64,000 nucleotides of DNA. Source: Lama glama. Lineage: Eukaryota. Shown here in pieces: positions 21,959 through 32,925 of the stretch. The stretch spans positions 2,046,001 through 2,110,000 of the forward strand of contig CM052817.1 of NCBI GenBank assembly GCA_028534125.1. Reading direction: 5' to 3'. The position numbers and the translations under genes were made by a program. Within the stretch, counting starts at the first letter, position 1. Every line of letters starts with the position of its first letter. The notes under the pieces were generated by a model. The model was given only the letters and a program-made list of their open reading frames with translations. It ran no database searches and had not been told where the DNA came from.

Positions 21959-24900
21959 GTGAGCACTGCCCCGACCGCACTGTGACCATGGGCTCCTGGG
22001 CCCACCCCAGGTCCTAGGGCTGAGGCCTGGGCAGGGGCGTGGAGTGGGTGGAAGCCGGCCAGGGGGCAAGCTGGGCGTGCTGGGCTGGCCTAGGGGACAG
22101 GGGCTGGGGGTACAATTTGCTGGACCTCCACCCAGGGATGTGGGCTGTTCCCCTCTCTCTGGGCCTCTGCTGGGGCCAAGTGTTCGATGTGGGGGGCAGG
22201 GGGCCTCTGAGATTCTCACAGCTGGTCTTGTCTGTCCCCAGAACAGGCCCCCAGAGTGTGAGCCCGGAGGGCGATGGTGCTGGCCTGGCAGATCCCAAGT
22301 CAGCTCAGTCTGACTCCTTGGGCTCTGGGAGGGTCGGGGGCACAGGGCCCAGCTGAGGCCTTGGGACAGCCAGTGTCCCCTGTTCCCTGCTTCAAGACCT
22401 GAGGGCCCCCATATGGAAGCAGAGGCCCGGGGCTGCCATCAGCCCACTGGCAGGGCCTGAGTGTGCAGGGTGCCCATCCCACACTGACCCCATCACAACC
22501 TCTCGGCTCTTCTAGAACCAAACGGAACCCCCAGAACAAAGTACCACAGTGACTTCTGAGACTCCTATCATCCCTGTAACCTCGGGGACCCCCAGAATCC
22601 CAGCCATGAGAGCTCCAAAGGCAGAGGGACCCCATGGTGGGGAGCTTAGCCCGCTGTCCAGGGCAGCCCCCTCCAACAGCAGCCCTGGGGGCACAGGTGG
22701 GTCAGGAGGGCTTCCTGGAGGAGGTGGCAGGCTACACCTAGATGCGGGGGAGGGTTTCTGGAGGAACATGGGCAGCCCCTGGGGAGTGGGGCATGTGATG
22801 GGGGTCAGGCAGCGCCCAGCGCAGGAGCCCTTGACCCCTGTGCCTTCCCAGCAGTGCTCACCGAGGCCGGGCAGCCCTGCAGGTTCCCCTTCCGCTACGG
22901 CGGCCGCATGCTCCACTCCTGCACTTCGGAGGGAAGTGCCCACAGGAAGTGGTGGGTCCTGGTCCCCTGCCCTGTGTCCACCCTGGAGACCCTCCCCCCT
23001 CTGCCCTCCCTATTCCAGACCGAGCCTGGCACACAGCAGGTGTCGTGAATGAATGAATGAATGAATGAACGGGAGAGAGCTCCAGAGTTGTCAGAGGGGT
23101 GCCCTGTGTGAGTCGGGTTTGGAATGGACAGGTCTCTGGCCTGGGACCCCCACATCATGGCACGCACCACCCCCAGGTGTGCCACGACTCACAACTATGA
23201 CCGGGACAGGGCCTGGGGCTATTGTGTGCAGACCTCCCCGCCGCGGGAGGGCCCAGGTGGGTGCCCCGGGGTGTGGGGCCTGAGCCCAGGCTACAAGGGG
23301 GCGGGGCTGGGCGGGGCTGAGCTTGGGGGGGCATCAGAGCTGACTGGGGGAGGTGGGGGGGTCCTGCCTGGAATACAGGAGGGGACTTAGGGGTTGATCC
23401 TACTGCAGGCCTCAGGGGCTGGAGGAGTCATCAGCCTGGGGGACTGCGGGAGAGGGAAACACCACCCCCCTCACCCCGCCCAAGGACCCTGCCCTCTCCA
23501 GGGGCCCTACAGCTAGCTGCTTTGGCCATTGCTGGGTCCAAGGTGCCCCCTGGTGGTCAAGCTGGGCCCTGTGGCCACATGGGAAGAGCCCTGGACAAGG
23601 GAAGGGCCCGGTGGTTTGCAGAGTGTAGTGCTGGCAGCCCTGCTTTAAGGGTCCCAGGGCACTCAGAAGGGACCCTGCTATCTGCTGGGGGGGGGGGTCG
23701 GGCTTTCAGGGTGCCTGGTGCTGAGCCAGAAGCCCACTTGCCCAGGGTCTGAGTGCTGGGCAGGGCTTGTGGCGAGGAGGGGGAGGTCTGTATCCCCTCC
23801 CAGAGCACGCACATCACAAGGAACCCAGAAGGGGCAGCTTTAAGGCAGCAGGCTCGACGGCAGGACTGTGGGCCCATGGCAAGCTGGGAGAGTCACGGCG
23901 TGGGGTTGGGGCACAAAGACTGCCTGGGCTCTCAGACGCACCCCTCCCTCCTGCGTGTCCCCAGCTACCCTGGACCCCTGTGCCTCTGGCCCCTGTCTTA
24001 ACGGGGGCTTGTGCTCGAGCACCCAGGGCCCTGAGTCGTACCACTGCACCTGCCCCGTGGCCTTCACGGGCAAGGACTGTGGCACGGGTGAGTGGGGCCG
24101 CAGGACCACGGGGCTGCAGGGCAGGAGGGCACTGCCCCATGCCGGGAGCAGGGACTCACTGTGCCACCCCCAGAGAAATGCTTTGATGAAAGCCACCATG
24201 AGTACCTGGAGGAAGGCGATCGCTGGGCCCACGTGCACCAGGGCCGAGTGGAACAGTGCACGTGCGCGGGGGGCCAGGTTCGGTGCGAGGGCTCCCGCCA
24301 CACAGGTACGCGTGGCTTGGGTAGGGCGGGGCAACGTCACGGGCCCTCCCAACCCAGGGGAAGGGGCTGGTCCAGGGCCACCCGGTGATGGGCACCAGGG
24401 GTGGGGACCGGGTGCTGATCCCACCCCTGAGGCCCAAGGCCTAGCTTCTGAGCCCTGCCCCAGCTTGCCTGAGCAGCCCATGCTTGAATGGGGGCACCTG
24501 CCACCTGATTGTGGCCACCGGGACCACCGTGTGTGCCTGCCCCCCGGGCCACACCGGGCGGCTCTGTGACATTGGTGAGTCGCTCAGCCTCTGGAGCTGC
24601 GTGGGCCGGCCTCCGGGCCTGCGTCCGGGGCCCAGGCTCACTGCATGCGGTCCCGCCCCCAGCGCCCGCCCAGCACTGCTTCCGGGGGAGCGGCACCGAC
24701 TACCGAGGCGTGGCAGGCACGGCAGCCTCGGGCCTCAGCTGCCTGGCCTGGAACTCCGACCTGCTCTACCAGGAGCTGCACGCGGACTCCGTGGGCGCCG
24801 CGGCCCTGCTCGGCCTGGGTCCCCACGCTTACTGCCGGTCAGCACCAGCCCAGCCCGCTCTAGGCCACCTCCTCCAGGGCGGGCAGGGTCTGTCCTGGGG

Positions 24901-27900
24901 GGAGGTCTTCCTGACCAGGCCTGTCCCTGGGGTCCTGACCCCCATTGCTGGGCGGCTGTCCCAGTGAGAGGAGTGTGGGCTGAGGAACAGAACCATCTGC
25001 AGAATGAGCGAGCGCTGCTGGGGACGTCAGGAGCCCCACCGCCACTGAGGGGCCCTGCGACTCCCCTGCGTCCAGGAACCCAGACAAGGACGAGAGGCCC
25101 TGGTGCTACGTGGTGAAGGACAGCACGCTCTCCTGGGAGTACTGCCGCCTGGCCGCCTGCGGTTCGCAGATGGGCGGGGTCGGCAGGGTCGGGAGGAGCA
25201 GGGTCGGGGCGGCACTGGCTTTGCCCCGACTGAGGTCACGCAGTTTCCCCCACTCCCTGGGCCCTCCTCACCCCACCCCCATGCCTGAGAGAGGGGGAAA
25301 CTGAGGGTCCCCAGAGCAGGGCTGGTCCAAGGCCATGCAGTGGGCTGGCACCAGAGGTCAGAGCGGGCAAGCTGGTCACCAGGTCCTCTGGGTGGCCCAC
25401 CCAACCTGTCTCAGGGGCAGGGTGGCCTCCAGAAACAGGGAAGTGCAGGTGGGGGTGAAAAATATGGGTGCCCCTGGAGTCAGACCCTGGGAGTGGGCAG
25501 CTTCATGAGGCCAGCCTGTCCTCTGGCCACAGACCCCAGGGCTCCCTGACCGTCCTGGGCATCCTGGGTGGGCTCTGGGATCCCAGGCTGCTGGGGGGCC
25601 ATAAACACCTACCAGGTATGCCAGTTCACTCTGGTTCCCACCAAGCCTCGTGACTGCATTACGGTCTCCCCATCTTGCAGATGAGGAAACTGAGGTTCAG
25701 AGTAAGTCACGTGCCCACAAGGGCAGCACTGAGCCCAACCCTGGACCCTCTTCCACAGCAGCTGCCTAGGGTGGGGCGGAAGGCGGGTGAACCGCCAGGT
25801 CCTGAGGACATGGAATGCAGCCAGGACCCTCTCTGGCCTGGGGTGTGCGGAAGGAGCCCAGGGGTGTGATCTAGTGACCTCTGCTCCCAGAATCCCTGGC
25901 TAGAATTCAACCCCCGCCCCCTGAGGTCTTGCTGTCTGAGCCCCCCGTAGCTGGATCAGCTGGACGCCAGACCTGCGGCAAGAGGCACAAGAAGAGGAGC
26001 TTCCTGCGGCCACGCATCACTGGCGGCTCGGCCTCGCTGCCCGGCTCGCACCCCTGGCTGGCCGCCATCTACGTCGGGAACAGCTTCTGTGCCGGGAGCC
26101 TTGTCCACACCTGCTGGGTGGTGTCTGCAGCCCACTGCTTTTCCAACAGGTGAGCTGCTCCCACCCCAGTGTCCACCACCCCCACACCATCCCTCAAACC
26201 ACCCACTTTTCCGCCCACCACCATCTATGCCTCCGCCCACCCAACCGGCCATACTCCATCATCCATTGCACATCTTTCCAGGCTCCACCCGCCACCCATC
26301 TACCCACCCATATGCCTATCCTGACCATCACCCATGTGTCCCCAGTGTTTCCCACCTACCCGTGTAAACCCCGTCCTTTGGTCCCTTTTGCTCCCCGTTG
26401 CCCCCTGACTCAGGCGGGACTCAGCGCTCAGCCCGGTACTGGGCATGGAGGCCGCCAAGACCCGCCCCATTCTTATCCCGGGGTGCTGTCCCCATCCCTG
26501 TCCCTGCCCTGGGTCACCGCTCTGTCCCAGTCTTTGCCCCGGGAGCGCCCGGTTTGCCGCTCAGAGCAAGACGGGGCGGCGCGCGTGCGCGAAGCAAGGC
26601 GGTGGGCGTGACCAGTCGCCGCGCAGGGCCCGCCCCTTCCGGCCCCGGCCCCGCCCACACCGTGCTAATGGTACCAGGGTCGCAGGTAGTCAAGGTCCCT
26701 CGCGACCTGCGGGCTCTTGGTGGGGAAGGCAGGCTGGGGCTAGCAGCTGGGGGAGGGGTCAGGGTTGCGAGGACCGCCACCACAACCCGAGGGCCAGGGC
26801 CAACGGGCTCAGAGCAGGACAGGCCAGCCCATCCCTCGCTCCTACCGCAGTGATGGGAGCAAGGCTCTGCCGGGGGAGGGCTCCCCGGAGTTGGGGGTGC
26901 TTCGGTGGGAGGGGATGGGCCTGACAGTGGCATCCCAGGGATCAGGGCTCCGGAAGGACGGAGGAGCCCGACAGTGAGCCCCATCAATCACTGAGAGACT
27001 ACAGCTTGGGGGCGGGGGAGGGGGTGGCAGCCACCACAAGTGCTGCCCTGTGCTGACCATTGTGTGACCTGCAGCACGCTCCCACTCGGCTGTGAAATGG
27101 GACCTACTGCGACCTCACAGTGTGGAATGGGAGTGGGGTGGTTAAGAGGCTGGAGGAGGGGAGCAGGCATCCTCTCCCCACTTCCAGGGATGGGCTGGGG
27201 AGAGGCCAAGCTGGGTCGGAGTACCCACTCCCTTTGGGCCGGACCCCAGCATACTGGTCCCAGGTCTGGGCCAAGCAGGGCTGGTGGAAGTGGATGGACC
27301 AGGGCCTTCATGGGCAGGTGGAGGGTGAGGGAAGGGCCCAGGCTCCTGGACACCCAGGTGACTTCACAGGAGGGCGTGCTCCTGGACCTGCATGAGGGCC
27401 CCAGGTTATTAATTCACTTGTTGTTGTGTTGGAGGTGGTGCTGCCCCGGATTAAGGGTGTGGCCCTAGCCCACTGCTCCCCATCACACTCCGGCCCATGC
27501 CCCAACCCCTGCTCAGGTCTCTCCCGGGGCTGGGGCTGAGAGGGAGGGTCCTGCACGGCATCTCCCACCTGGGGTTGTCTTCTGGATGCTCCGCCACCAT
27601 GGGTAAGGGGCGAGCTGACCTCAGGGGCCGGAGGGGATGGCCGGGCCATGCAGCCACCAGCGCCCCTGCACAGCCCCCCCAGGGACAGCATCTCCGTGGT
27701 CCTGGGCCAACACTTCTTCAACCACACGACTGACGTGACACAGACGTTTGGCATAGAGAAGTACATCCCATACCCCCTGTACTCAGTGTTCAACCCCAGT
27801 GACCATGACCTTGGTGAGACTCGGAACGCGGTGCGGTGCAGCAGGGCGCGGATGTGTGCTCTGTGCACACTGGGGCGGAGCCACGAAAGAGGCTGGGAGT

Positions 27901-29904
27901 GGGCACCAGGCAGGCCCAGAAGAGTCCTCAGACCCTAAAGGGGCCTGATAGAGGGAGAGGGAGGGGAAGAAGAGACAGAGCAGGGAGGAGAGGGAGGAGG
28001 GTGGAGGGAAGGGTGCAGGGGAGGATGGAGGAAGGCAGGGAGGAGGACAGCACGGGTTTGGACAGCAAGGGTGCCCCGTGTGACAGAGCAATCTTGGCCT
28101 GGCCAGGGGAAGTCCTGGCCTACCAGCCTTGCTGAGCCCTTGGCCGGTCCTCTGGTTCCCTCCTGGGCCTCCTAGGCCATAGCCCTCTGCCCAGCGGGGC
28201 TGCACCCCCATGTGACTCGATGGCCACCCTCTGTCCTCCTGGGCCCCCATGACACAGGCTGACCTCCGGCCTCTCTCCCACCCAGTCCTGATCCGGCTGG
28301 AGAAGAAGGGGGAACGCTGTGCTGTCCGTTCCCAGTTCGTCCAGCCCATCTGCCTCCCTGAGCCCGGCAGCTCCTTCCCGGCTGGACACAAGTGCCAGAT
28401 TGCAGGCTGGGGCCACCAGGATGAGAGTGAGTGGGTCTGGGGCAGGGGGCTGGCATCACGCCCAGGGGAGCAGGCCCAGCACCCGTGAGCCTCACCCAGC
28501 CTGAGAGCACTGTGTCAGCAGACGTGAGCGGCTACTCCAGCTCGCTGCGGGAGGCGCTGGTCCCCTTGGTCGCTGACCACAAGTGCAGCAGCCCTGAAGT
28601 ATATGGGGCAGACATCAGCCCCAACATGCTGTGCGCCGGATACTTCGACTGCAGGTCGGATGCCTGCCAGGTGAGCTGGGACAGCCTGCCCCTGGGTTGC
28701 TCAGGGCCCAGAGGGACAGGACCTGTAGGGCCAGACAGGGGTCAGGGCAGAAAGCCCACCTTCCTGTTGGTGGCCACCCCCCAGAATGGGCACTCACTGC
28801 TGCTGGAGGCCACTCGGTCGCTGCTGGAGGCCCTGCTCACAGGGACTGGGAGTGAGGCCAGGGATGGCCAGGTCACAAACAGCAGGCAGGCCCCAGCTGC
28901 CCAGCCACGCGACGTCAAGGCCTAATCTCTTTTCTCCCAGGGTTCTCCCAAGCGCGCTTAGTCGATCAGCTGATCCCAGCAGCTCATTTATCAAGCACTC
29001 CTCCAGGGGCTGCATGTCAATGCTGAGAGAGAGAAGCTGCTTTACTCCCCATCTTATAGGTGGGGAAACTGAGGCCAGGCCCAGAGGGGTCTGCTCACTC
29101 TTCCCAGGTCATACAGCCCAGAAGTGGCAAGGAGTAGGGTACACCCCACCCCTTGAACCACGTGGTACAGCAAGTGCCCTTGGGGGGAAGTCAAGGATGG
29201 CTTCACAGAGGAGGAGGCGTTTGCACGTGTCCTGAGGGGTGAATAGTGTCCCAGGGGCTGAGGAGAGCATTTCAAGTGGAGAGTAAGTAGCCTGTGCTGG
29301 AACCCAGGGCCACCTCGTCTCTGTGGGGTGCATGCTGCTGGGTGGTGAGGGGAGCCAGACTGAGGAAGACGTTGCTGGTCATGGAAGCAGGAGGGAGCCA
29401 CCGCAGGACTTTAGAAATGGGAATGACTGGTCAGACGCTGTCACAGCATCCTGGGAATGGGAGGACTTCCTGTCTATGAGGCTGGGGGAAGGTGGGGCAG
29501 GCCACTTCCTTGGAATACCTGTGTCATCTGTCCCCCAAGCTGTCAGGAAGCCACCTTGTCAGCTGCCAGGGAGTCTGTCACAGGGGAGCGTCTGACTCTT
29601 CTGCGCCCTTGACTCCTCTGGGGGCATTTTCGGGGTCGGGGTGAGGGAGGCTGGGGCGAGGGGGCAGGGACCATTCGGGAGTGTTGAGGAGCTGGCCCCG
29701 CTCTGACTAGCCACTGTGCAGGGGGACTCGGGCGGGCCCCTGGCCTGTGAGAAGAATGGTGTGTCCTACCTGTACGGTGTCATCAGCTGGGGTGACGGCT
29801 GCGGGCGGCTCAACAAACCGGGCGTCTACACCCGCGTGGCCAACTATGTGGACTGGATCAATGACCGGATTCGGCCCCCTAAGCGGCCTGTGAATCCCTC
29901 CTGA
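21854..29904 (+). CDS. HGFAC: HGFAC, hepatocyte growth factor activator serine protease precursor, 14 exons, 1962 nt CDS = 653 aa (signal-FN2-EGF-FN1-EGF-kringle-trypsin domain)
   Basis: All 14 exons found with GT-AG and matching phases; catalytic AAHC, DHDL, GDSGG; S1 Asp in SDACQ; activation site LRPR|ITGG. Confidence 0.98.
22516..22696 (+). CDS. HGFAC: HGFAC exon 2 (Pro/Thr-rich linker, NQTEPPEQ...)
   Basis: ttctag|AAC ... ACA G|gtgggt; 181 nt. Confidence 0.92.
22855..22951 (+). CDS. HGFAC: HGFAC exon 3, FN2 first half ([33 protein letters not shown])
   Basis: cagcag tandem acceptor (22852 or 22855); TG|gtgggt. Confidence 0.93.
23022..23069 (+). mobile_element. L2 LINE 3'-end remnant with (TGAA)6 tail
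   Basis: gagcctggcacacagcaggtg followed by (TGAA)6 at 23046-23069. Confidence 0.7.
23177..23256 (+). CDS. HGFAC: HGFAC exon 4, FN2 second half ([16 protein letters not shown])
   Basis: ccccag|G ... CCA G|gtgggt; 80 nt. Confidence 0.95.
23965..24087 (+). CDS. HGFAC: HGFAC exon 5, EGF1
   Basis: [15 protein letters not shown]...[14 protein letters not shown]; 123 nt. Confidence 0.96.
24174..24305 (+). CDS. HGFAC: HGFAC exon 6, FN1
   Basis: [18 protein letters not shown]...CEGSRHT; 132 nt. Confidence 0.96.
24464..24574 (+). CDS. HGFAC: HGFAC exon 7, EGF2
   Basis: [37 protein letters not shown]; 111 nt. Confidence 0.96.
24663..24837 (+). CDS. HGFAC: HGFAC exon 8, kringle first part
   Basis: [11 protein letters not shown]...[13 protein letters not shown]...HAYCR; 175 nt. 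Confidence 0.95.
25076..25161 (+). CDS. HGFAC: HGFAC exon 9, kringle second part
   Basis: [28 protein letters not shown]; 86 nt; donor G|gttcgc is weak. Confidence 0.95.
25660..25725. mobile_element. MIR SINE fragment
   Basis: ccccatcttgcagatgaggaaactgaggttcagag core. Confidence 0.7.
25891..26149 (+). CDS. HGFAC: HGFAC exon 10, short chain, activation site and catalytic His
   Basis: ESLAR...[18 protein letters not shown]...[10 protein letters not shown]; 259 nt. Confidence 0.96.
26160..26365. repeat. CCA/CCAT-rich low-complexity tract, HGFAC intron 10
   Basis: Direct reading. Confidence 0.7.
27674..27813 (+). CDS. HGFAC: HGFAC exon 11, catalytic Asp
   Basis: [19 protein letters not shown]...NPSDHDL; 140 nt. 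Confidence 0.96.
28286..28426 (+). CDS. HGFAC: HGFAC exon 12
   Basis: [25 protein letters not shown]...[11 protein letters not shown]; 141 nt. Confidence 0.96.
28522..28670 (+). CDS. HGFAC: HGFAC exon 13
   Basis: [16 protein letters not shown]...[15 protein letters not shown]; 149 nt; cagcag tandem acceptor. Confidence 0.95.
29044..29120. mobile_element. MIR SINE fragment
   Basis: ccccatcttataggtggggaaactgaggc...cccaggtcatacagc. Confidence 0.65.
29722..29904 (+). CDS. HGFAC: HGFAC exon 14, catalytic Ser and stop
   Basis: [13 protein letters not shown]...[18 protein letters not shown]...*. Confidence 0.97.
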   Translation, partial: GDSGGPLACEKNGVSYLYGVISWGDGCGRLNKPGVYTRVANYVDWINDRIRPPKRPVNPS

Positions 29905-29951
29905 GACCCCCCGGGAGCATCCTGCCTCCATGCTGTTTCCTCCTCACTGGC

Positions 29952-29957
29952 AATAAA
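29952..29957 (+). terminator. HGFAC poly(A) signal
   Basis: AATAAA 48 nt after stop. Confidence 0.88.
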
Positions 29958-30379
29958 GCTGTTTCCAAGACCCCCCACACTGCCTGTCCCGCTGCCCCTA
30001 GCTCAGCCCAACTTTGTAGATGACGTGGCCTCAGGGCTGGGGACCCGGAGCCAGCACCCCAGCTGCCCTTCCTCTGTGGGGAAGGGAGCCTGCCACCCGA
30101 CCTGGGGAGTTAGGGCAGGGGCTCCAATCTGGACTCTGTCCAGAGTAGGAACTGTCTCCAGCCCGACCCCTCTCAGGCCCTCCCCCAGGCAAGTGGGGCT
30201 CAGGTCCAGGCACACTGGGGTGTCCCAGGGCAGGGGATGTTAAAACTTAAGACAGGTTTCTTGGAAACACCCCTGGCCAGCATTTTGCTTCAAGAAGGCA
30301 GCCTGGCCTCAGCCATGTTTTCTAGGAGGTGAAACTGAAGGAGAGCAGGGGAATGGAGGGTGATGGGTTGCACCAGACA

Positions 30380-30620
30380 GGACCTTTTGGGGAAGGAATC
30401 TGAAGTGCCCAGAGGGCCCACAATCTCAAGGCAGCAGGAGCAGCATATGCAAAGGTCCTGAGGCAGGGGCTGGTGGTGGCTTATTTGCTCAAAATAGAGA
30501 AGTGTGGCTGAGGCCAAAGAGGGTGGGATGGTGGGGGGTGATGGGCAGCAGTGAGGTGCTGGGGGTGTCCTAAGGGTCCCTGATGGGACAGCAGGGTGAA
30601 GATGTGATGACATTTGCAGT
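30380..30620. mobile_element. L2 LINE fragment
   Basis: cagcatatgcaaaggtcctgaggcagg...gtgtggctgaggc typical of L2; boundaries approximate. Confidence 0.5.
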
Positions 30621-32239
30621 CAGGAAAAGAGGCAGGGCAGAGGGGCGCCCAGAACTGGGTGCCTTGGGAGCTGGGAGCTCTGGTCTCTGGGACAGGCAGG
30701 AAGAAGGTGGCATTCAGTGTGTCCCAGTGCCACCCTTCCCACTGCAGGATGGGCCCTCTGCCCAGAGCAGCCCCAAGGGCAGGGGTCCTTCTCCTCAGTC
30801 TGCATTCACCTCTCCTGCCTCTGGACCCACAGGCCTCCTTCTCTCCTGTATCTCCACAGCCCCCACCTGGACCAGGTCTTGCCACCTCTCCTGGGTGACA
30901 TGCCAGGGTTTCTCCATGTTCCTTCCCCCCACCCCCGACCTTGGAGCCTCCCCTCATCTCTGTTCGGTCTGACTCCACCTGCTTGCAGCCCCTCTTCTGC
31001 CCACCCTGTTCCTGGACTATGCCCCGGCCGCTCCGGTCTCCTGGTGTTGCTGAAGCTGACCAGGCCCTTGCTCACGCGGCTCCCTCTGCTGCTGAGAGTG
31101 TTCTCAGCCACACTGCTCCTCCTCTTCACTCAGCCACTGGGATGCACCTTCCCCGCATCACTCTCCACCGTCACGCAGCTCTCGGCCCGGTCTCAGGGCT
31201 GTGTTCGGAGCCTGCCTGATGTGGCTGGGGCGGGAGAGCTTTGTTTCCATCACGTAGCGGGGAGTCCCGCGCTCAGCCACGTGCTGTCATTGGTTTGCCG
31301 TTGACACTCGTCCCTTTGTCAGGAGAGGAAGCGTCTCCGTAGAGCCCTCTTCTCCAGCAGATTGGCATGTAGCTCTCGTTGGCCTGCGTTGGGTCACAGG
31401 GCCACACCTCACAGCAGAGGAGGCTGGGGACGGGGGGACAGGATTGCTGTGACAGAATCAGACAAATCACCAGGGACGTGTGGTGCCCCCAGCAAAGCCG
31501 GAGGAAGAGAGCAGGGTGCTGGGAGGGCAACAGTGTGTGTGCCCGTTGCCCCAAGTGCCGTAGGTGGGGCTCAGAACCCTGAAGCAGACTGGGGCTCGCC
31601 CCACGTTGACCGCAGCCAGGGCGACAGACGCTGGTGCCCACGCCGCAGGAGGATGGTGGGCGGGACAGCTCCCGCTCGGGAATTCGGGCTCTGAGCGCCT
31701 GTTCTTGGCCTCCGGGAGCTGCGCTGCTTCAGCCCCGCTGCAGCCTTTGCCCGGTGTGAGCCCTCCCGGACCCCTGCCCTGTGGGTGTTGAGTGTGGATC
31801 TGTTAGAGGTGACTGCGGTTATAGACTGTCTGACGTCGAGCCAACCTGGCATTCCTGGAGCGAGCCGTGCTGAATCAGTGGCAGCCAGCTGCCTTCTATT
31901 TGCGTCTTCAGATTCCTCCCACACTGCCCTCCCCGGGCCCAGAAGTTATACTTTTATGAATTTATTTGTCTCCATTTTCACAGTTATTGTCAGAAGCCTT
32001 CTTGTGTCATCTCATCCGAAATGTATCAAACTGCCCTCACACACACCTGCTCACCTGATCATCACAGCATCGGGCTGGAAAAGGAAACTGAGGCTAGAAA
32101 AGTCGTGTGACTGTTCAAGTTCACTTGGGCAGGGGTTAGGGTATGGTGGCAGGTCCCGTGGCCACAGGGCCAGTGATGGGGTGACAGCACCCTGTGGCCA
32201 CGGGGTCTGCTAGTGGTGGCAGCGTCCCTGGCCCTGATG

Positions 32240-32540
32240 CCCAGCAGCAGTGCCTGTGGCTGTGTATCGGCCGGTGGTACAGCTCTGACCCATGGGCTTG
32301 GGCTCCTTGGAGGCAGGCAGCCGCCCCACGCCCACGGAGACCAGCCGCGCAGTGGTGCAGGGCTGGGCAGCGTCCAGTCTCAGCGATGAGGCTGTGCTTC
32401 CCTGCAGCCCTGCCTCTGCAGCTCCCACTGGATCTCCAGCCTCCCTTGGGTTCTTCCAGAGGCCTGACCTTCTCCCGGCAAATTCCTTCCCACTTCAGTG
32501 GCCAGAGTCAGTTTCTGCTACTTGCAACCAGTAACTCGGG
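32240..32540. mobile_element. ERVL LTR16/LTR33-like fragment
   Basis: Ends aaattccttc...gccagagtcagtttctgctacttgcaacca, typical of this LTR class. Confidence 0.5.
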
Positions 32541-32561
32541 CTACAGCAGCCGGGGAAACTG

Positions 32562-32925
32562 AGCAGGCTCTGGCTGCTGTAACAAACAGACCATAGACTG
32601 CCAGACTGAAACAACAATGAGATTTGCTTCTCACAGCTCTGGAAGCTGGAAGTCAGAGATCAGGGCGCCAGCACGGTCGGGGCCTGGTGAGAGCTCTCTT
32701 CCAGGTGTGCAGACGACTGCCTTCTTGCTGTGTCCTCAGTGGTGGGGAGAGCACATCCCTCATGTCTCTTCTTACAAGGACGCTAATCCAGTCATGGGGA
32801 CACTGCTCTCATGACCTGATCACCTCCCAAAGGCCCCACCTCATAATACTAACCCACTGGGGGCTGGGCTTCCACATGACTTTGGGGAGGGAGTGGAGAA
32901 ACAAATATTTGGTGGACATCAGGAA
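32562..32925. mobile_element. MaLR LTR, MLT1A-like solo LTR
   Basis: ggctgctgtaacaaa..ccatagactg, tctcacagctctggaagctggaagtc..agatcagggcgccagca, atgacctgatcacctcccaaaggccccacctc. Confidence 0.85.

Noticed and set aside
26668-26685. ATG-containing alternative first coding exon for a short HGFAC
   Set aside because: Ends in phase 0 while exon 11 needs phase 2; it hits TGA within 20 codons.
21854-29904. HGFAC as a pseudogene or inactive protease (ITGG, weak exon 9 donor)
   Set aside because: All 14 exons are in frame with no stops; triad, S1 Asp and cysteines are intact.
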